Part shown: positions 28,502-38,399 of the stretch, one piece after another
Numbering within the stretch: the first letter of the stretch is position 1
Layout of the letters: each line of letters starts with the position of its first letter
Source: Gemmatimonadota bacterium
Lineage (GTDB): Bacteria; Gemmatimonadota; Gemmatimonadetes; Longimicrobiales; Gaopeijiaceae
Assembly: GCA_039589315.1 (NCBI GenBank)
Contig: JBDHHQ010000036.1
Location: 19,489-83,488, forward strand
Reading direction: 5' to 3'
Length of the DNA stretch: 64,000 bases
The notes under the pieces: model-generated
What the model was told of the DNA's origin: nothing
Databases searched by the model: none
What the model saw: only the letters and a program-made list of their open reading frames with translations
Program-made: the position numbers and the translations under genes

Positions 28502-29975
28502 GGTCGCTCTGACCCTCGGCTCCGTGGCGGCGGTCCTCCGCGCTCGCGGCCTCCTGACGGAGGTGCACGGGTCGGAGGACGTGGCCGTTTCGGGGGTGAG
28601 CCAGGACTCCAGGTCGGTGGAGCCGGGCGACCTGTTCGTGGCGTGGGTGGGGCTCGAGCATGACGCCCACCGCTTCCTGTCCGCAGCGGTGGCCGCGGGC
28701 GCGGTGGCCGCGGTGGTCGAGCGTCGGATCTCCGACGTGTCGGTGCCCCACCTCGTGGTGCAGGACGGCCGGCTCGCGGGTGCGCTGGCCGCGGACATCA
28801 TCGCCCGTTCGCCCTGGCGCGAGCTGTACACGACCGCAGTGACCGGGACCAACGGCAAGACGACCACGGCGATCCTGGCCCGTCACCTGCTCGGAGCGAA
28901 GGGCCCGTCGACGGCCATCGGCACGCTGGGCCTCATCGACGCGGACGGCGAGGTGCGGCCGGGGACCGAAGGGCTGACCACGCCCGGGCCCGTACAGCTC
29001 GCGGGCTGGCTCAGGGAGATGGCCGACGACGGCGTGGCGTCCGTGGTGATGGAGGCGTCTTCGCACGCGCTGGACCAGCGGCGCTTGGACGGGATCCGCT
29101 TCGACACCGCCGTCTTCACCAACATCGGCCGGGATCACCTGGACTACCACCGCGACCAGCCGGCCTACGTCGCCGCTAAAGCCCGGTTGCTCGAGCTGGT
29201 CAAGGACGACGGCAACGCGGTCGTGAATCAGGAGGAGCCGGCGTGGGCCGCCCTGGTGCGCCAGGGCGTACGGCGGCTGTCCTACGGGACCTGTGAGTCT
29301 GCGGATCTGAGGGCCCGGGAGGTGGAGCTCCACGACGGTGGTGCACGCTTCGAGCTGGTACACGGCGGTGACGGGGAGTCGGTGGACGTTCCCCTCTTGG
29401 GCCGTTTCAACGTCGAGAACGCCCTGGCCGCTGCGGGCGTCGCCGTGGTGGCGGGGATCCCGCTCGCCGAGGTGGCCCGCCGACTCCGGACGGCTCCGCA
29501 GGTGGACGGCCGCCTGGAAATGGTGACCCGCGATCCCTGCCCGGTGCTGATCGACTTCGCCCACACCCCCGAAGCCCTGGGCCGGGTGCTGGCAACGCTA
29601 CGCCCCGTCGTGCGCGGCCGGCTGATCGTGGTCTTCGGCGCCGGAGGCGACCGTGACGCCACCAAGCGGCCGCTGATGGGCGGTGTGGTGGCACGTTGGG
29701 CGGACGTGGCGGTGGTCACGTCGGACAACCCCCGCTCCGAGGATCCCGAGGCCATCATCGACGACATCGTGGCCGGCATGCCCGGCTTCGACGGGATCCG
29801 CCTGGCCGACCGGCGTCAGGCCATTCGGGCCGGCCTGGAGATGGCGACGGAAGGCGATCTGGTGCTTCTGGCAGGGAAGGGCCACGAGCGCCACCAGGTC
29901 GTGGGTCGTGAGCGGCTGCCACTGGACGAGCGCGAGGTGGTGCGCGGCTACCTGAGCGGAGGCGCGGTACGGTGA
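28494..29975 (+). CDS. murE: UDP-MurNAc-dipeptide:meso-DAP ligase
   Basis: TGTNGKTT, MEASSH, DHLDYH, DNPR (DAP-specific motif), AGKGHE. Confidence 0.96.
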   Translation: MAEVALTLGSVAAVLRARGLLTEVHGSEDVAVSGVSQDSRSVEPGDLFVAWVGLEHDAHRFLSAAVAAGAVAAVVERRISDVSVPHLVVQDGRLAGALAADIIARSPWRELYTTAVTGTNGKTTTAILARHLLGAKGPSTAIGTLGLIDADGEVRPGTEGLTTPGPVQLAGWLREMADDGVASVVMEASSHALDQRRLDGIRFDTAVFTNIGRDHLDYHRDQPAYVAAKARLLELVKDDGNAVVNQEEPAWAALVRQGVRRLSYGTCESADLRAREVELHDGGARFELVHGGDGESVDVPLLGRFNVENALAAAGVAVVAGIPLAEVARRLRTAPQVDGRLEMVTRDPCPVLIDFAHTPEALGRVLATLRPVVRGRLIVVFGAGGDRDATKRPLMGGVVARWADVAVVTSDNPRSEDPEAIIDDIVAGMPGFDGIRLADRRQAIRAGLEMATEGDLVLLAGKGHERHQVVGRERLPLDEREVVRGYLSGGAVR

Positions 29976-31375
29976 CGGCCTTCGTCTGGACGGACCACCA
30001 GGTGCGGGCCGCGTTGGGCCTGACTCCGACCGCGGGGGACCCCTCGGTCACGTACCGGGCGGTCAGCACCGACAGCCGGAGCGTGGGCCAGGGCGACCTG
30101 TTCGTGGCGTTGGAGGGAGACCGGTTCGACGGCCACGACTACATCGGTCAGGCCGTGGCCCAGGGCGCCGCCGGGGCAGTGGTCTCCCGTCCCGTGGACG
30201 CGGGCGGCGCTCGCTGCTACGAGGTCGACGGGACGTTGCGGGCCCTGGGCCTCCTGGCCCGTCACCGCCGCCGGTCCCTGTCGGCCCGCGTCGTGGGCAT
30301 CACCGGGTCGGCCGGGAAGACCACGGCGAAGGACCTGACCCGGGGCGCCCTGTCCCGGGAGCTCCGGGTGCACGCGACCCGGGGCAACCTCAACAACCAG
30401 ATCGGCGTTCCCCTCACGCTGCTGGCCGCCCCGGAAGACGCCGAGGTGGTAGTCGTAGAGATGGGTACCAACGAGCCCGGCGAGATCGGCATTCTCACTG
30501 CCATCGCAGAGCCCGAGGTAGGAGTTGTGACCACCGTCGGCGAGACCCACCTGGAGAAGCTCGGCTCCTTCGCCGGTGTCCTGGCCGAGAAGCTCGACCT
30601 CCTGAGGGGGCTGCCGGCCACCGGTTCCGCGGTGGTCGGCGACGAGCCCCCCGAGCTCGCTGACGCGGCCCGCGCCATCGTACCGGGCGTTCGGGTGGCG
30701 GGATGGACGGACCGGGCAGACGCCGATCTACGTCCCGCCGACCCCCGAGTGGACGACCAGGGCCGCTATCGCTTCCGGTGGCATGGCGAGGAGGCGTCCC
30801 TGTCCTTGCCCGGACGCCACGCAGTCGTGAACGCCCTTCTGGCCCTCGCGGTCGCGGACCTGGTGGGCGTCTCCGCCGTCGCGGCCGTGAGTGGCGTCTC
30901 CGGGGTCACGGCTGGGTCCCTGCGGGGAGAGATTCGCCGGCTGGGCGGCTTGACCGTGCTCGTGGACTGCTACAACGCCAACCCGCAAAGCGTCCGCGCC
31001 GCGCTGGACCTCCTGGAGGCCCTGCCCGCGGCAGAAGGCCGGGTGGCTGTCCTGGGCTCCATGCTGGAGCTGGGGGATCGATCGGACGCGCTCCATGACG
31101 AGCTGCTGGCGGACGCCCTCTCGCGCCGCTTCGAGCTCGTGGTGGCCACGGGGGCCTTCGCGGACGCCACGGAGCGCTCCGCCGACGCGTCCCGCGTGCT
31201 GCGCGACGGCAGGCTCGTGGTGAGCCGACCGGTGGAGGGGGCCTACGACGCCATGTCCGGGCGACTGCGGGCAGGAGCCGCAGTGCTGCTCAAGGGTTCC
31301 CGCGGAGTTCGCCTGGAGCGGCTGCTGGAACCGCTGGAGCGGGACTTCGGCACCGGTGCAGAGGAGGTGGCCTAG
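29972..31375 (+). CDS. murF: UDP-MurNAc-tripeptide:D-Ala-D-Ala ligase
   Basis: TGSAGKTT, NLNNQIGVP, YNANPQS, LLKGSRG. Confidence 0.96.
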   Translation: MTAFVWTDHQVRAALGLTPTAGDPSVTYRAVSTDSRSVGQGDLFVALEGDRFDGHDYIGQAVAQGAAGAVVSRPVDAGGARCYEVDGTLRALGLLARHRRRSLSARVVGITGSAGKTTAKDLTRGALSRELRVHATRGNLNNQIGVPLTLLAAPEDAEVVVVEMGTNEPGEIGILTAIAEPEVGVVTTVGETHLEKLGSFAGVLAEKLDLLRGLPATGSAVVGDEPPELADAARAIVPGVRVAGWTDRADADLRPADPRVDDQGRYRFRWHGEEASLSLPGRHAVVNALLALAVADLVGVSAVAAVSGVSGVTAGSLRGEIRRLGGLTVLVDCYNANPQSVRAALDLLEALPAAEGRVAVLGSMLELGDRSDALHDELLADALSRRFELVVATGAFADATERSADASRVLRDGRLVVSRPVEGAYDAMSGRLRAGAAVLLKGSRGVRLERLLEPLERDFGTGAEEVA

Positions 31376-31377
31376 TC

Positions 31378-32484
31378 GTGCTCTACCACCTGCTGCCCCA
31401 GTTCGCAGACGTGCACATCGTGTTCAACCTGTTCCGGTTCATCACGTTTCGGGCCGCTGGCGCCGTGGTCACGGCGCTGCTGCTCGCATTCGTGCTCGGC
31501 CCCGGGACCATCCGTTGGCTCACCCGTCTGCGCGTGGGCCAGGTGGTCCGTACCGTGGGTCCGGAGACCCACCTGGTCAAGGCCGGGACGCCCACGATGG
31601 GCGGCATCTTGATCCTGCTGTCGGCTACCCTCTCGACGCTGCTCTGGGCAGAGCTGACCAACGTCTACACGGTGGTCTGCCTCGTCGCGCTGCTCTGGAT
31701 GGGGATCCTGGGCTTCCTCGACGACTACCTCAAGGTGGTCCGAGGCCGGACCGAGGGTCTCGTCGCACGCTACAAGATGGTCGGGCAGTGGACGTTCGGC
31801 CTGGGCCTGGGGCTGTTCCTCGTGTTCTTCCCCGCGTGGCCCATCCCGCCCAACTGGACCAGCCTGCCGTTCTTCGCCGATTGGGCGGCCGTGTTCTGGA
31901 CGCCGGTCTACGTCGTCTTCGTGGGCGCGGTCGTGTCGGGCACCTCCAACGCGGTGAACCTGACGGACGGCCTGGACGGGCTGGCCACCGGTCTGTCCGG
32001 CATCGCCGCCGCCACCTTCGGGATCTTCGCCTACGTCATCGGCCGGGTCGACACATCCCGCTACCTGGGCCTGTTCTACCTCCCGGGCTCGGGCGAGATG
32101 GCCATCTTCGCCGTCGCGCTCGCCGGCGCGGCGTTGGGCTTCCTCTGGTTCAACGCCCATCCCGCAGAGGTCTTCATGGGCGACACCGGTTCGCTGGCCC
32201 TGGGCGGAGCGATCGGCGTCATAGCCATCCTGCTCAAGGCCGAGTTCCTGCTGGTCATCGTCGGGGGCGTCTTCGTGATGGAGACGCTCTCGGTGATCCT
32301 CCAGACCAGCTACTTCAAATACACCGCACGCAAGCACGGAGAGGGCCGCCGGATCTTCAGGATGGCCCCGATCCACCATCACTTCGAGAAACTCGGATGG
32401 CCCGAGACCAAGGTGGTCATCCGCTTTTGGATCCTCGGAATCCTCTGCGCCATGCTGGGCTTCAGCACGCTGAAGATCCGTTGA
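31378..32484 (+). CDS. mraY: phospho-N-acetylmuramoyl-pentapeptide transferase
   Basis: KAGTPTMGG, GFLDD, NLTDGLDG, FMGDTGS, MAPIHHHFE. Confidence 0.97.
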   Translation: MLYHLLPQFADVHIVFNLFRFITFRAAGAVVTALLLAFVLGPGTIRWLTRLRVGQVVRTVGPETHLVKAGTPTMGGILILLSATLSTLLWAELTNVYTVVCLVALLWMGILGFLDDYLKVVRGRTEGLVARYKMVGQWTFGLGLGLFLVFFPAWPIPPNWTSLPFFADWAAVFWTPVYVVFVGAVVSGTSNAVNLTDGLDGLATGLSGIAAATFGIFAYVIGRVDTSRYLGLFYLPGSGEMAIFAVALAGAALGFLWFNAHPAEVFMGDTGSLALGGAIGVIAILLKAEFLLVIVGGVFVMETLSVILQTSYFKYTARKHGEGRRIFRMAPIHHHFEKLGWPETKVVIRFWILGILCAMLGFSTLKIR

Positions 32485-32499
32485 GGGTGGGGGCATCGA

Positions 32500-33861
32500 T
32501 TGAAGGAGAAGGGAGCAGGACAGGTCGCCATCGTGGGCCTGGGTGCCAGCGGACGAGCCGCGGCGCGGTTGGCCCTCGAGCACGGAGGAGAGGTCTATGT
32601 CTCGGATCTGCGCGTTGACCCCCAGGCTGCAGCTGCTGGAGCCGAGCTCGAAGCGCTCGGTGCCCACGTCGAGCTCGGGGCTCACGACGAGCACCGGATC
32701 GCGTCAGCGGACACCGTGGTGGTCAGTCCGGGAATCCCGCCCGACGCTCCGGTTCTCCGGGCCCTCGTGGGGCGGAACGTCCGCTGGATATCTGAGCCTG
32801 AGTTCGCCTTTCGGTTCCTCTCACGTCCACTGATCGCCGTGACCGGGACGAACGGGAAGACCACCACCGCTGCGTTGACGGCCCACCTGCTGGAGGAGGC
32901 CGGAATCGCCGTGGGACTGGGCGGGAACATCGGGGGAGGCTTCGGCCCGCCGGCCTCGGAGCTGGCCCTCATGGATCCGCCGCCGGACTGGTTCGTCCTG
33001 GAGGTGAGCTCGTTTCAGCTCGCCGATATCGACACGTTCGCGCCGGCGGTCGGCGTGGTCACGAATCTGGCTCCCGACCACCTCGATCGGTACCCGACCG
33101 TCGAGGCGTACTACGCGGACAAGGCGAGGCTCTTCGACAACGCCACCGCCGAGAGCCGGTGGGTGCTCTTCCGCGACGACCCCGAGGTCGGCGCCCTGGC
33201 GGGCGACGCGGCGGGCGTGCGGTACTGGTTCGGCGAGGCCGACGACTTCGAGGGGGGCTACCTGGACGGGGACGACCTGGTCCTTCGTCTGGGCGGCACC
33301 GCTACGCCCCTCGGGTCGGTATCCGATCTGGCGCTGCTGGGCCGTCACAACGCGCTCAACGGCCTGGCGGCAGCGGTGGCGGCTCGACTCGTGGGAGCGG
33401 AGCCCGCCGCGCTCCGGCGGGGGCTCGCCTCCTTCTCGCCCATGTCCCACCGGTTGGAGCCCCTCCTCGAGCGGGGCGGGATCCTCTGGGTCAACGACTC
33501 CAAGGCGACCAACGTGGCGGCGGCCCGGAGCGCCCTGGCCAGCCTCGACAGGCCGGTCGTCGTGCTGCTCGGCGGCTGGGACAAGGGCGAGGACTTCGGT
33601 GACCTGCTGCCGGCTTCCGGACCCCCTGTCCGCGCCGCGATCGCATACGGTGCTGCGGGGGAGCGGATCGCGGGCGCCCTGGAGGGCGCCGTGCGGGTGG
33701 TGCGGGCGGAGGCGCTGGAGGATGCGGTCATGGCGGCTCGCGCGGAGGCGCGACCCGGTGACGCGGTCTTGTTGGCCCCGGCGTGCTCGAGCTTCGACGC
33801 CTTCTCGGGCTACGAGGAGCGGGGCCGCCGGTTCGCGGCCCTGGCTCGGGGGGAGGACTGA
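32500..33861 (+). CDS. murD: UDP-MurNAc-L-Ala:D-Glu ligase
   Basis: SPGIP, TGTNGKTT, GGNIG, EVSSFQL, NDSKATN, APACSSFD. Confidence 0.96.
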   Translation: MKEKGAGQVAIVGLGASGRAAARLALEHGGEVYVSDLRVDPQAAAAGAELEALGAHVELGAHDEHRIASADTVVVSPGIPPDAPVLRALVGRNVRWISEPEFAFRFLSRPLIAVTGTNGKTTTAALTAHLLEEAGIAVGLGGNIGGGFGPPASELALMDPPPDWFVLEVSSFQLADIDTFAPAVGVVTNLAPDHLDRYPTVEAYYADKARLFDNATAESRWVLFRDDPEVGALAGDAAGVRYWFGEADDFEGGYLDGDDLVLRLGGTATPLGSVSDLALLGRHNALNGLAAAVAARLVGAEPAALRRGLASFSPMSHRLEPLLERGGILWVNDSKATNVAAARSALASLDRPVVVLLGGWDKGEDFGDLLPASGPPVRAAIAYGAAGERIAGALEGAVRVVRAEALEDAVMAARAEARPGDAVLLAPACSSFDAFSGYEERGRRFAALARGED

Positions 33862-35036
33862 TGCGGCGGCGCGTCGACGTTCGGCCCGCGGGACCCGTCT
33901 CCCTGCCCGACACCGGCCTCGGTCGTGGATGGGAGCCGGCCGTGATCATGACGGCGACACTGCTCCTCCTCTCGTTCGGGCTGGTGACGCTGTACAGCGC
34001 CAGCTCCTTCCTGGCCCAGCGGCAGAACCTGGCGGATTACTTCTACGTGCTGCGCCAGGCGGGAGGTGCCGCCCTCGGCCTGGTGGTCATGGTGGTCTGC
34101 TCCCGGGTGCCGTACACCTGGTGGCGGAGCCTGGCCTGGCCGCTCGTCGCCCTCACCGTGCTTCTGCTGCTCCTGTTGATTCTTCCGGGAACCCAGGCCA
34201 TCGCCCCCGAGGTCAACGGCGCCCGTCGCTGGCTCCGGCTCGGCGTGACGGTGCAGCCGTCGGAGCTCGCCAAGGTCGCCATCGTCGTGTGGACGGCGGC
34301 GTTGGCCGTGAGGAAGCAGGAGCTCCTGTCCAGCATGAGCAAGGGCCTTCTCCCGTTCCTCCTCATCTGGGGTGTGGTGTGCGGGCTGATCGCGCTCCAG
34401 CCCGATCTGTCGACTGCCTGTCTCGTGGGGATGCTGGGAAGCCTGATCGTGTTCGCGGCGGGCGGACGCGCGGGGCACTTCGCGTTACTCGGCCTCCTCA
34501 TGACCCCGTTCCTCTGGACCCAGCTGAACGTGGCGTTCCGGGCCCAGCGGCTCATGGCCTTCCTGAACCCGGCCGCGGACCCCTCGGGCGCGGGCTTCCA
34601 GGTTCGTCAGTCCCTGATCGCCATCGGTTCGGGCGGGATCACGGGCGTGGGGTTCGGCGAAGGCCGCCAGAAGTTCGGCTTCCTTCCCGAGGCTCACAAC
34701 GACTTCATCTTCGCGATGGTCGGCGAGGAGTGGGGCCTGGTGGGCGTCGTGTTCCTGATGTCCCTCTACCTGACGTTGATCCTCGTGGGCTTTCGCATCG
34801 CGGGGCGCGTGCCGGATCTGTTCGGCCAGCTGCTGGCCATCGGCGTGACGAACCTGGTGGCGATCCAGGCCGTGCTCCACATGGGCGTGGGCCTCGGGCT
34901 GGTGCCGCCCACGGGCCTGACGCTGCCCCTGGTGTCCTACGGACGCTCCAGCCTGATCGTGACGCTGGCCGCACTCGGGATCCTGATGGCCGTGGCGCGG
35001 GGCGTACACCCCGAGAGGCGAAAGGCCCGTGCATGA
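33861..35036 (+). CDS. ftsW: SEDS peptidoglycan glycosyltransferase FtsW
   Basis: NGARRWL, QPSELAK, QPD, LPEAHNDFIF, LPLVSYG. ATG overlaps the murD stop. Confidence 0.95.
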   Translation: MRRRVDVRPAGPVSLPDTGLGRGWEPAVIMTATLLLLSFGLVTLYSASSFLAQRQNLADYFYVLRQAGGAALGLVVMVVCSRVPYTWWRSLAWPLVALTVLLLLLLILPGTQAIAPEVNGARRWLRLGVTVQPSELAKVAIVVWTAALAVRKQELLSSMSKGLLPFLLIWGVVCGLIALQPDLSTACLVGMLGSLIVFAAGGRAGHFALLGLLMTPFLWTQLNVAFRAQRLMAFLNPAADPSGAGFQVRQSLIAIGSGGITGVGFGEGRQKFGFLPEAHNDFIFAMVGEEWGLVGVVFLMSLYLTLILVGFRIAGRVPDLFGQLLAIGVTNLVAIQAVLHMGVGLGLVPPTGLTLPLVSYGRSSLIVTLAALGILMAVARGVHPERRKARA

Positions 35037-36240
35037 GCAGCGAAGGGCCGTGGCCGTCTTCGCCGGTGGGGGCACCGGAGGGCACCTCTACCCGGCTCTG
35101 GCGCTGGCCGACGCCCTCGTGGCGATCCGTCCGGACGTTCGCCCCTTCTTCGTCGGCGCCCGCAGGGGAGTGGAAGCCCGGGTCCTCCCCGCCCGCGGGC
35201 TGGAGCACGTCCTGCTGCCGGTCCGAGGCCTCCGGCGAGACAACCCGTTCGCCAACGCCGGCGTTCTCTGGGACCTCCTCCGCTCTCTGCTCCAGGCGCG
35301 CCGCCTGTTCCGACGCCTTCGGCCCGGCCTCGTCGTGGTGACCGGGGGCTACGCCGGGGCTCCGGCCGGAATCCTAGCGGGGAGGATGGGGATCCCGCTC
35401 GTCCTCCACGAGGCCAACAGCTATCCGGGCGTGACCATTCGGCGGCTGGCCCCCAGCGCCACGGCGATTCATCTGGGCTTTCCGGAGGCGCGCGACCGGC
35501 TTCCCGCCAGCGCGAGGGGTCGGACCGTGACGAGCGGGAACCCGATCCGGCCTCCCGGACAGGTCGGCCGGGATCAGGGCCGTCACGCGTTCGGCCTGCA
35601 GCCCGCGGCCACGGTGCTGCTGGTCGTGGGGGGCAGCCAGGGGTCCCGGGCTCTCAACGACCTGGTGCTCGCCGCGGTCGAGGCGGTGGTAGCGGGTCGA
35701 CTGGTCCGGCCCGCAGCGCTCCAGCTCCTCTGGGCCACCGGCCCCGACCACTTCGGCCCGGTGCGCCGCCGCCTCGAGGCTGCGGGCGACCCCGTGTGGG
35801 TGAAAGCCACCGACTACATCCACCGGATGCCGGAGGCGCTGGCCGCCACCGATCTGGCCCTGAGCCGGGCCGGCGCCATGTTCACGTCGGAGTTCCTGGC
35901 CTGGGGGATTCCTGCGGTGCTCGTCCCCCTGCCGACAGCGGCGGAGGACCATCAGACGCAGAACGCCAAGGTCCTCGCGGAGGCCGGTGTAGCCGTCCAC
36001 CTGGCCGAGGCCGAGCTGACGTCCGAGTCCCTCTGGAAGGTGGTGACCGACCTGAGCGAGGACGCGGACCGGCGGACGGACATGGCCCGAAGGGCACGGG
36101 ACCGGGGTCACCCCTCGGCGGCTCACGAGATCGCCCGTTCACTGGCCGCACTGCTCGCGCCGCCCGCAGACCACGATTCGGCTCCGGCGCCCCGGGGGCC
36201 TCGTGGCCAGGGCGGAGCATCCGTGCGGGGGGAGAGGTGA
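35029..36240 (+). CDS. murG: lipid II GlcNAc transferase MurG
   Basis: GGGTGGHLYP, GNPIR, GGSQGS, SRAGA, DHQTQNA. Confidence 0.96.
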   Translation: MHEQRRAVAVFAGGGTGGHLYPALALADALVAIRPDVRPFFVGARRGVEARVLPARGLEHVLLPVRGLRRDNPFANAGVLWDLLRSLLQARRLFRRLRPGLVVVTGGYAGAPAGILAGRMGIPLVLHEANSYPGVTIRRLAPSATAIHLGFPEARDRLPASARGRTVTSGNPIRPPGQVGRDQGRHAFGLQPAATVLLVVGGSQGSRALNDLVLAAVEAVVAGRLVRPAALQLLWATGPDHFGPVRRRLEAAGDPVWVKATDYIHRMPEALAATDLALSRAGAMFTSEFLAWGIPAVLVPLPTAAEDHQTQNAKVLAEAGVAVHLAEAELTSESLWKVVTDLSEDADRRTDMARRARDRGHPSAAHEIARSLAALLAPPADHDSAPAPRGPRGQGGASVRGER

Positions 36241-37664
36241 CGGATGCCGGCTTCGACGCGGTGGTCGGCGTGGACCTCCATGCGCTCGCCCGAAAGGGGA
36301 CCGTCCACTTCATGGGCATCGGGGGCGCCGGCATGTGCGCGCTGGCCGAGCTCATGGCGCGTTCCGGCGGACACGTCTCGGGCTGTGACGTGCGCCCCGG
36401 CTCAACGACCCAGTCGCTGGAATCGCTCGGCGTCCCCTTCCACCATGGACACGACATCGACCATCTGGAGGGCGCCGTGGCTCTGGTGATGTCCGCCGCG
36501 GTCCCCGCCGACCACCCCGAGGTCCGGGCGGCACGGGAGGGTGGGATCCCCGTGCTGAAGCGGGCCGCTGCGCTGGGCGCGCTGGTGAACCCCGCCACCG
36601 TGGTCGGGATCGCCGGCACTCACGGGAAGACGTCCACCACCGGCATGACGGTAGAGGTTCTCGCCGCGGCGGATCTCGACCCGACGGGCCTGGTCGGAGG
36701 CCGGGTGGCGTCCTGGACGGGCAACCTCCGCATGGGTGGTGGCGACCTGTACGTGGTCGAGGCCGACGAGTACGACCGCTCCTTCCTGTCGCTGGAGCCG
36801 GACGTGGCGGTCGTGACCAACCTGGAGGCGGACCACCTGGACACGTATGGCGACCTCGCCGGCGTCGAGGCGGCCTTCATCGAGTTCGTGGAGCGGGTGC
36901 CGTCGGCCGGGCGGGTGGCCGTGTGTGCCGACGACCACGGGGCCTCCCGCCTCCTGGTGGGCCTGGGCGGCCGCGGGTACACCTACGGCCTGCAGGCGGG
37001 TGCTCAGCTCCGGGCCACGGACCTCGCGTTCTCGCCCGCCGAGAGCCGCTTCAGCGTGGTGGAGGACGGTCGGCGGGCGGGTGCCATGACCCTCTCCGTG
37101 CCCGGGCTCCACAACGTGCGGAACGCACTGGCCGCCGCGGCTGTGGCCCGCCACCTGGGGGCCTCGTGGGACGCGATCAGGGACGGCCTGGGCGCCTACC
37201 AGGGCGTTGCCCGGCGTTTCGAGCGCTTCGGGGAGCACGGCGGCGTGGCGGTCGTGGACGACTATGCCCACCACCCGACGGAGATCCGCGCCACACTGGA
37301 GGCGGTGCGCAGCGCCTTCCCGGGCCGCCGGGCCGTGGCGGTCTTTCAACCTCACCTGTTCACGCGCACTCGCGACTTCGCCGACGAGTTCGGCGACGCC
37401 CTGACCCGGGCGGACGTGGTGTGGCTGACCGACGTGTACCCGGCCCGTGAGGCGCCCATTCCGGGAATCGACGGCATGACGCTGGTGGAGGCCGCGCGGG
37501 CCGCCGGGTCGCGCGAGATCCACTACCACGCCGACGTCACCGGGCTGGCCCAGGCGGTGGCCGGAGAGCTCCTTCCGGGGGACGTCTGCGTGACCATGGG
37601 TGCCGGCTCGATCGAGGCAGTGGCGGGGGAGCTGGCGGGAAGGCTGGAGGCGATCCGTGCGTAG
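36237..37664 (+). CDS. murC: UDP-MurNAc:L-Ala ligase
   Basis: HFMGIGGAGM, AGTHGKTST, EADEYD, DDYAHHPTE, FQPHLFTRT. Confidence 0.96.
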   Translation: MTDAGFDAVVGVDLHALARKGTVHFMGIGGAGMCALAELMARSGGHVSGCDVRPGSTTQSLESLGVPFHHGHDIDHLEGAVALVMSAAVPADHPEVRAAREGGIPVLKRAAALGALVNPATVVGIAGTHGKTSTTGMTVEVLAAADLDPTGLVGGRVASWTGNLRMGGGDLYVVEADEYDRSFLSLEPDVAVVTNLEADHLDTYGDLAGVEAAFIEFVERVPSAGRVAVCADDHGASRLLVGLGGRGYTYGLQAGAQLRATDLAFSPAESRFSVVEDGRRAGAMTLSVPGLHNVRNALAAAAVARHLGASWDAIRDGLGAYQGVARRFERFGEHGGVAVVDDYAHHPTEIRATLEAVRSAFPGRRAVAVFQPHLFTRTRDFADEFGDALTRADVVWLTDVYPAREAPIPGIDGMTLVEAARAAGSREIHYHADVTGLAQAVAGELLPGDVCVTMGAGSIEAVAGELAGRLEAIRA

Positions 37665-38373
37665 GGTGAAGGTGTTCCTGGGCCTCGTGGTCGCGCTTTT
37701 CGTTGCATGGGGCGTGGTGGCGGTGCCCGGCCTCCTGGTGGAGACGGAGCTCTTCCAGGTCGTGGATTTCCGCCTGGAGGGCGCCGCGTACCTGACGCTC
37801 GAAGAGGCGGTCGACGCCTTGGGCGTTCCCCAGCGCGCCTCCATCTGGGACGACACGGAGATCTGGGAAGTGGCGCTCGAGGCGCACCCCCTGGTGTTGG
37901 ACGCCCGGATCGGCCGCCGCCCCCCTGGCACGCTGCTCCTGAAGGTGAAGGAGCGTGTGCCGGTAGCGCTGGTGCCGTCACCCGCTCTCGAGCCGGTGGA
38001 CGTCACCGGCAACCGTCTACCCATCGATCCCGCACGGCACCGACTCGACCTACCGGTGATCCGGCCCTGGTCGGGGGTCCCCGGCTCCGATCTGACTCCT
38101 GAGCAGCTGCGGGCCCTGGCTCAGGAGATTCAGCGTCTAGCCGAGGCGGACCCGCAGTTCTTCGACGTCCTCTCGGACGTCGCTCGCGACGAGCGGGGAG
38201 ACGTGGTGGTCCGGGCCGGTGAGCCTGGTGTCGCCTTTCGCTATAGCCCACCGCTGCCGGTGCAACGCCTGAAGGACGGGCTGCTGGTCCTGGACGACGT
38301 GCTCGGCCGATCTGAAAAGACGCCGCGAACCATAGACCTGCGTTACGTGGATCAGGTGGTCGTCCGCTACTGA
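37657..38373 (+). CDS. ftsQ: cell division protein FtsQ/DivIB
   Basis: TM + POTRA-like region, VKERVPVA, C-terminal IDLRY, between murC and ftsA. Confidence 0.85.
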   Translation: MRRVKVFLGLVVALFVAWGVVAVPGLLVETELFQVVDFRLEGAAYLTLEEAVDALGVPQRASIWDDTEIWEVALEAHPLVLDARIGRRPPGTLLLKVKERVPVALVPSPALEPVDVTGNRLPIDPARHRLDLPVIRPWSGVPGSDLTPEQLRALAQEIQRLAEADPQFFDVLSDVARDERGDVVVRAGEPGVAFRYSPPLPVQRLKDGLLVLDDVLGRSEKTPRTIDLRYVDQVVVRY

Positions 38374-38399
38374 CGACCCCCAAACCGGAACTGCGACGG

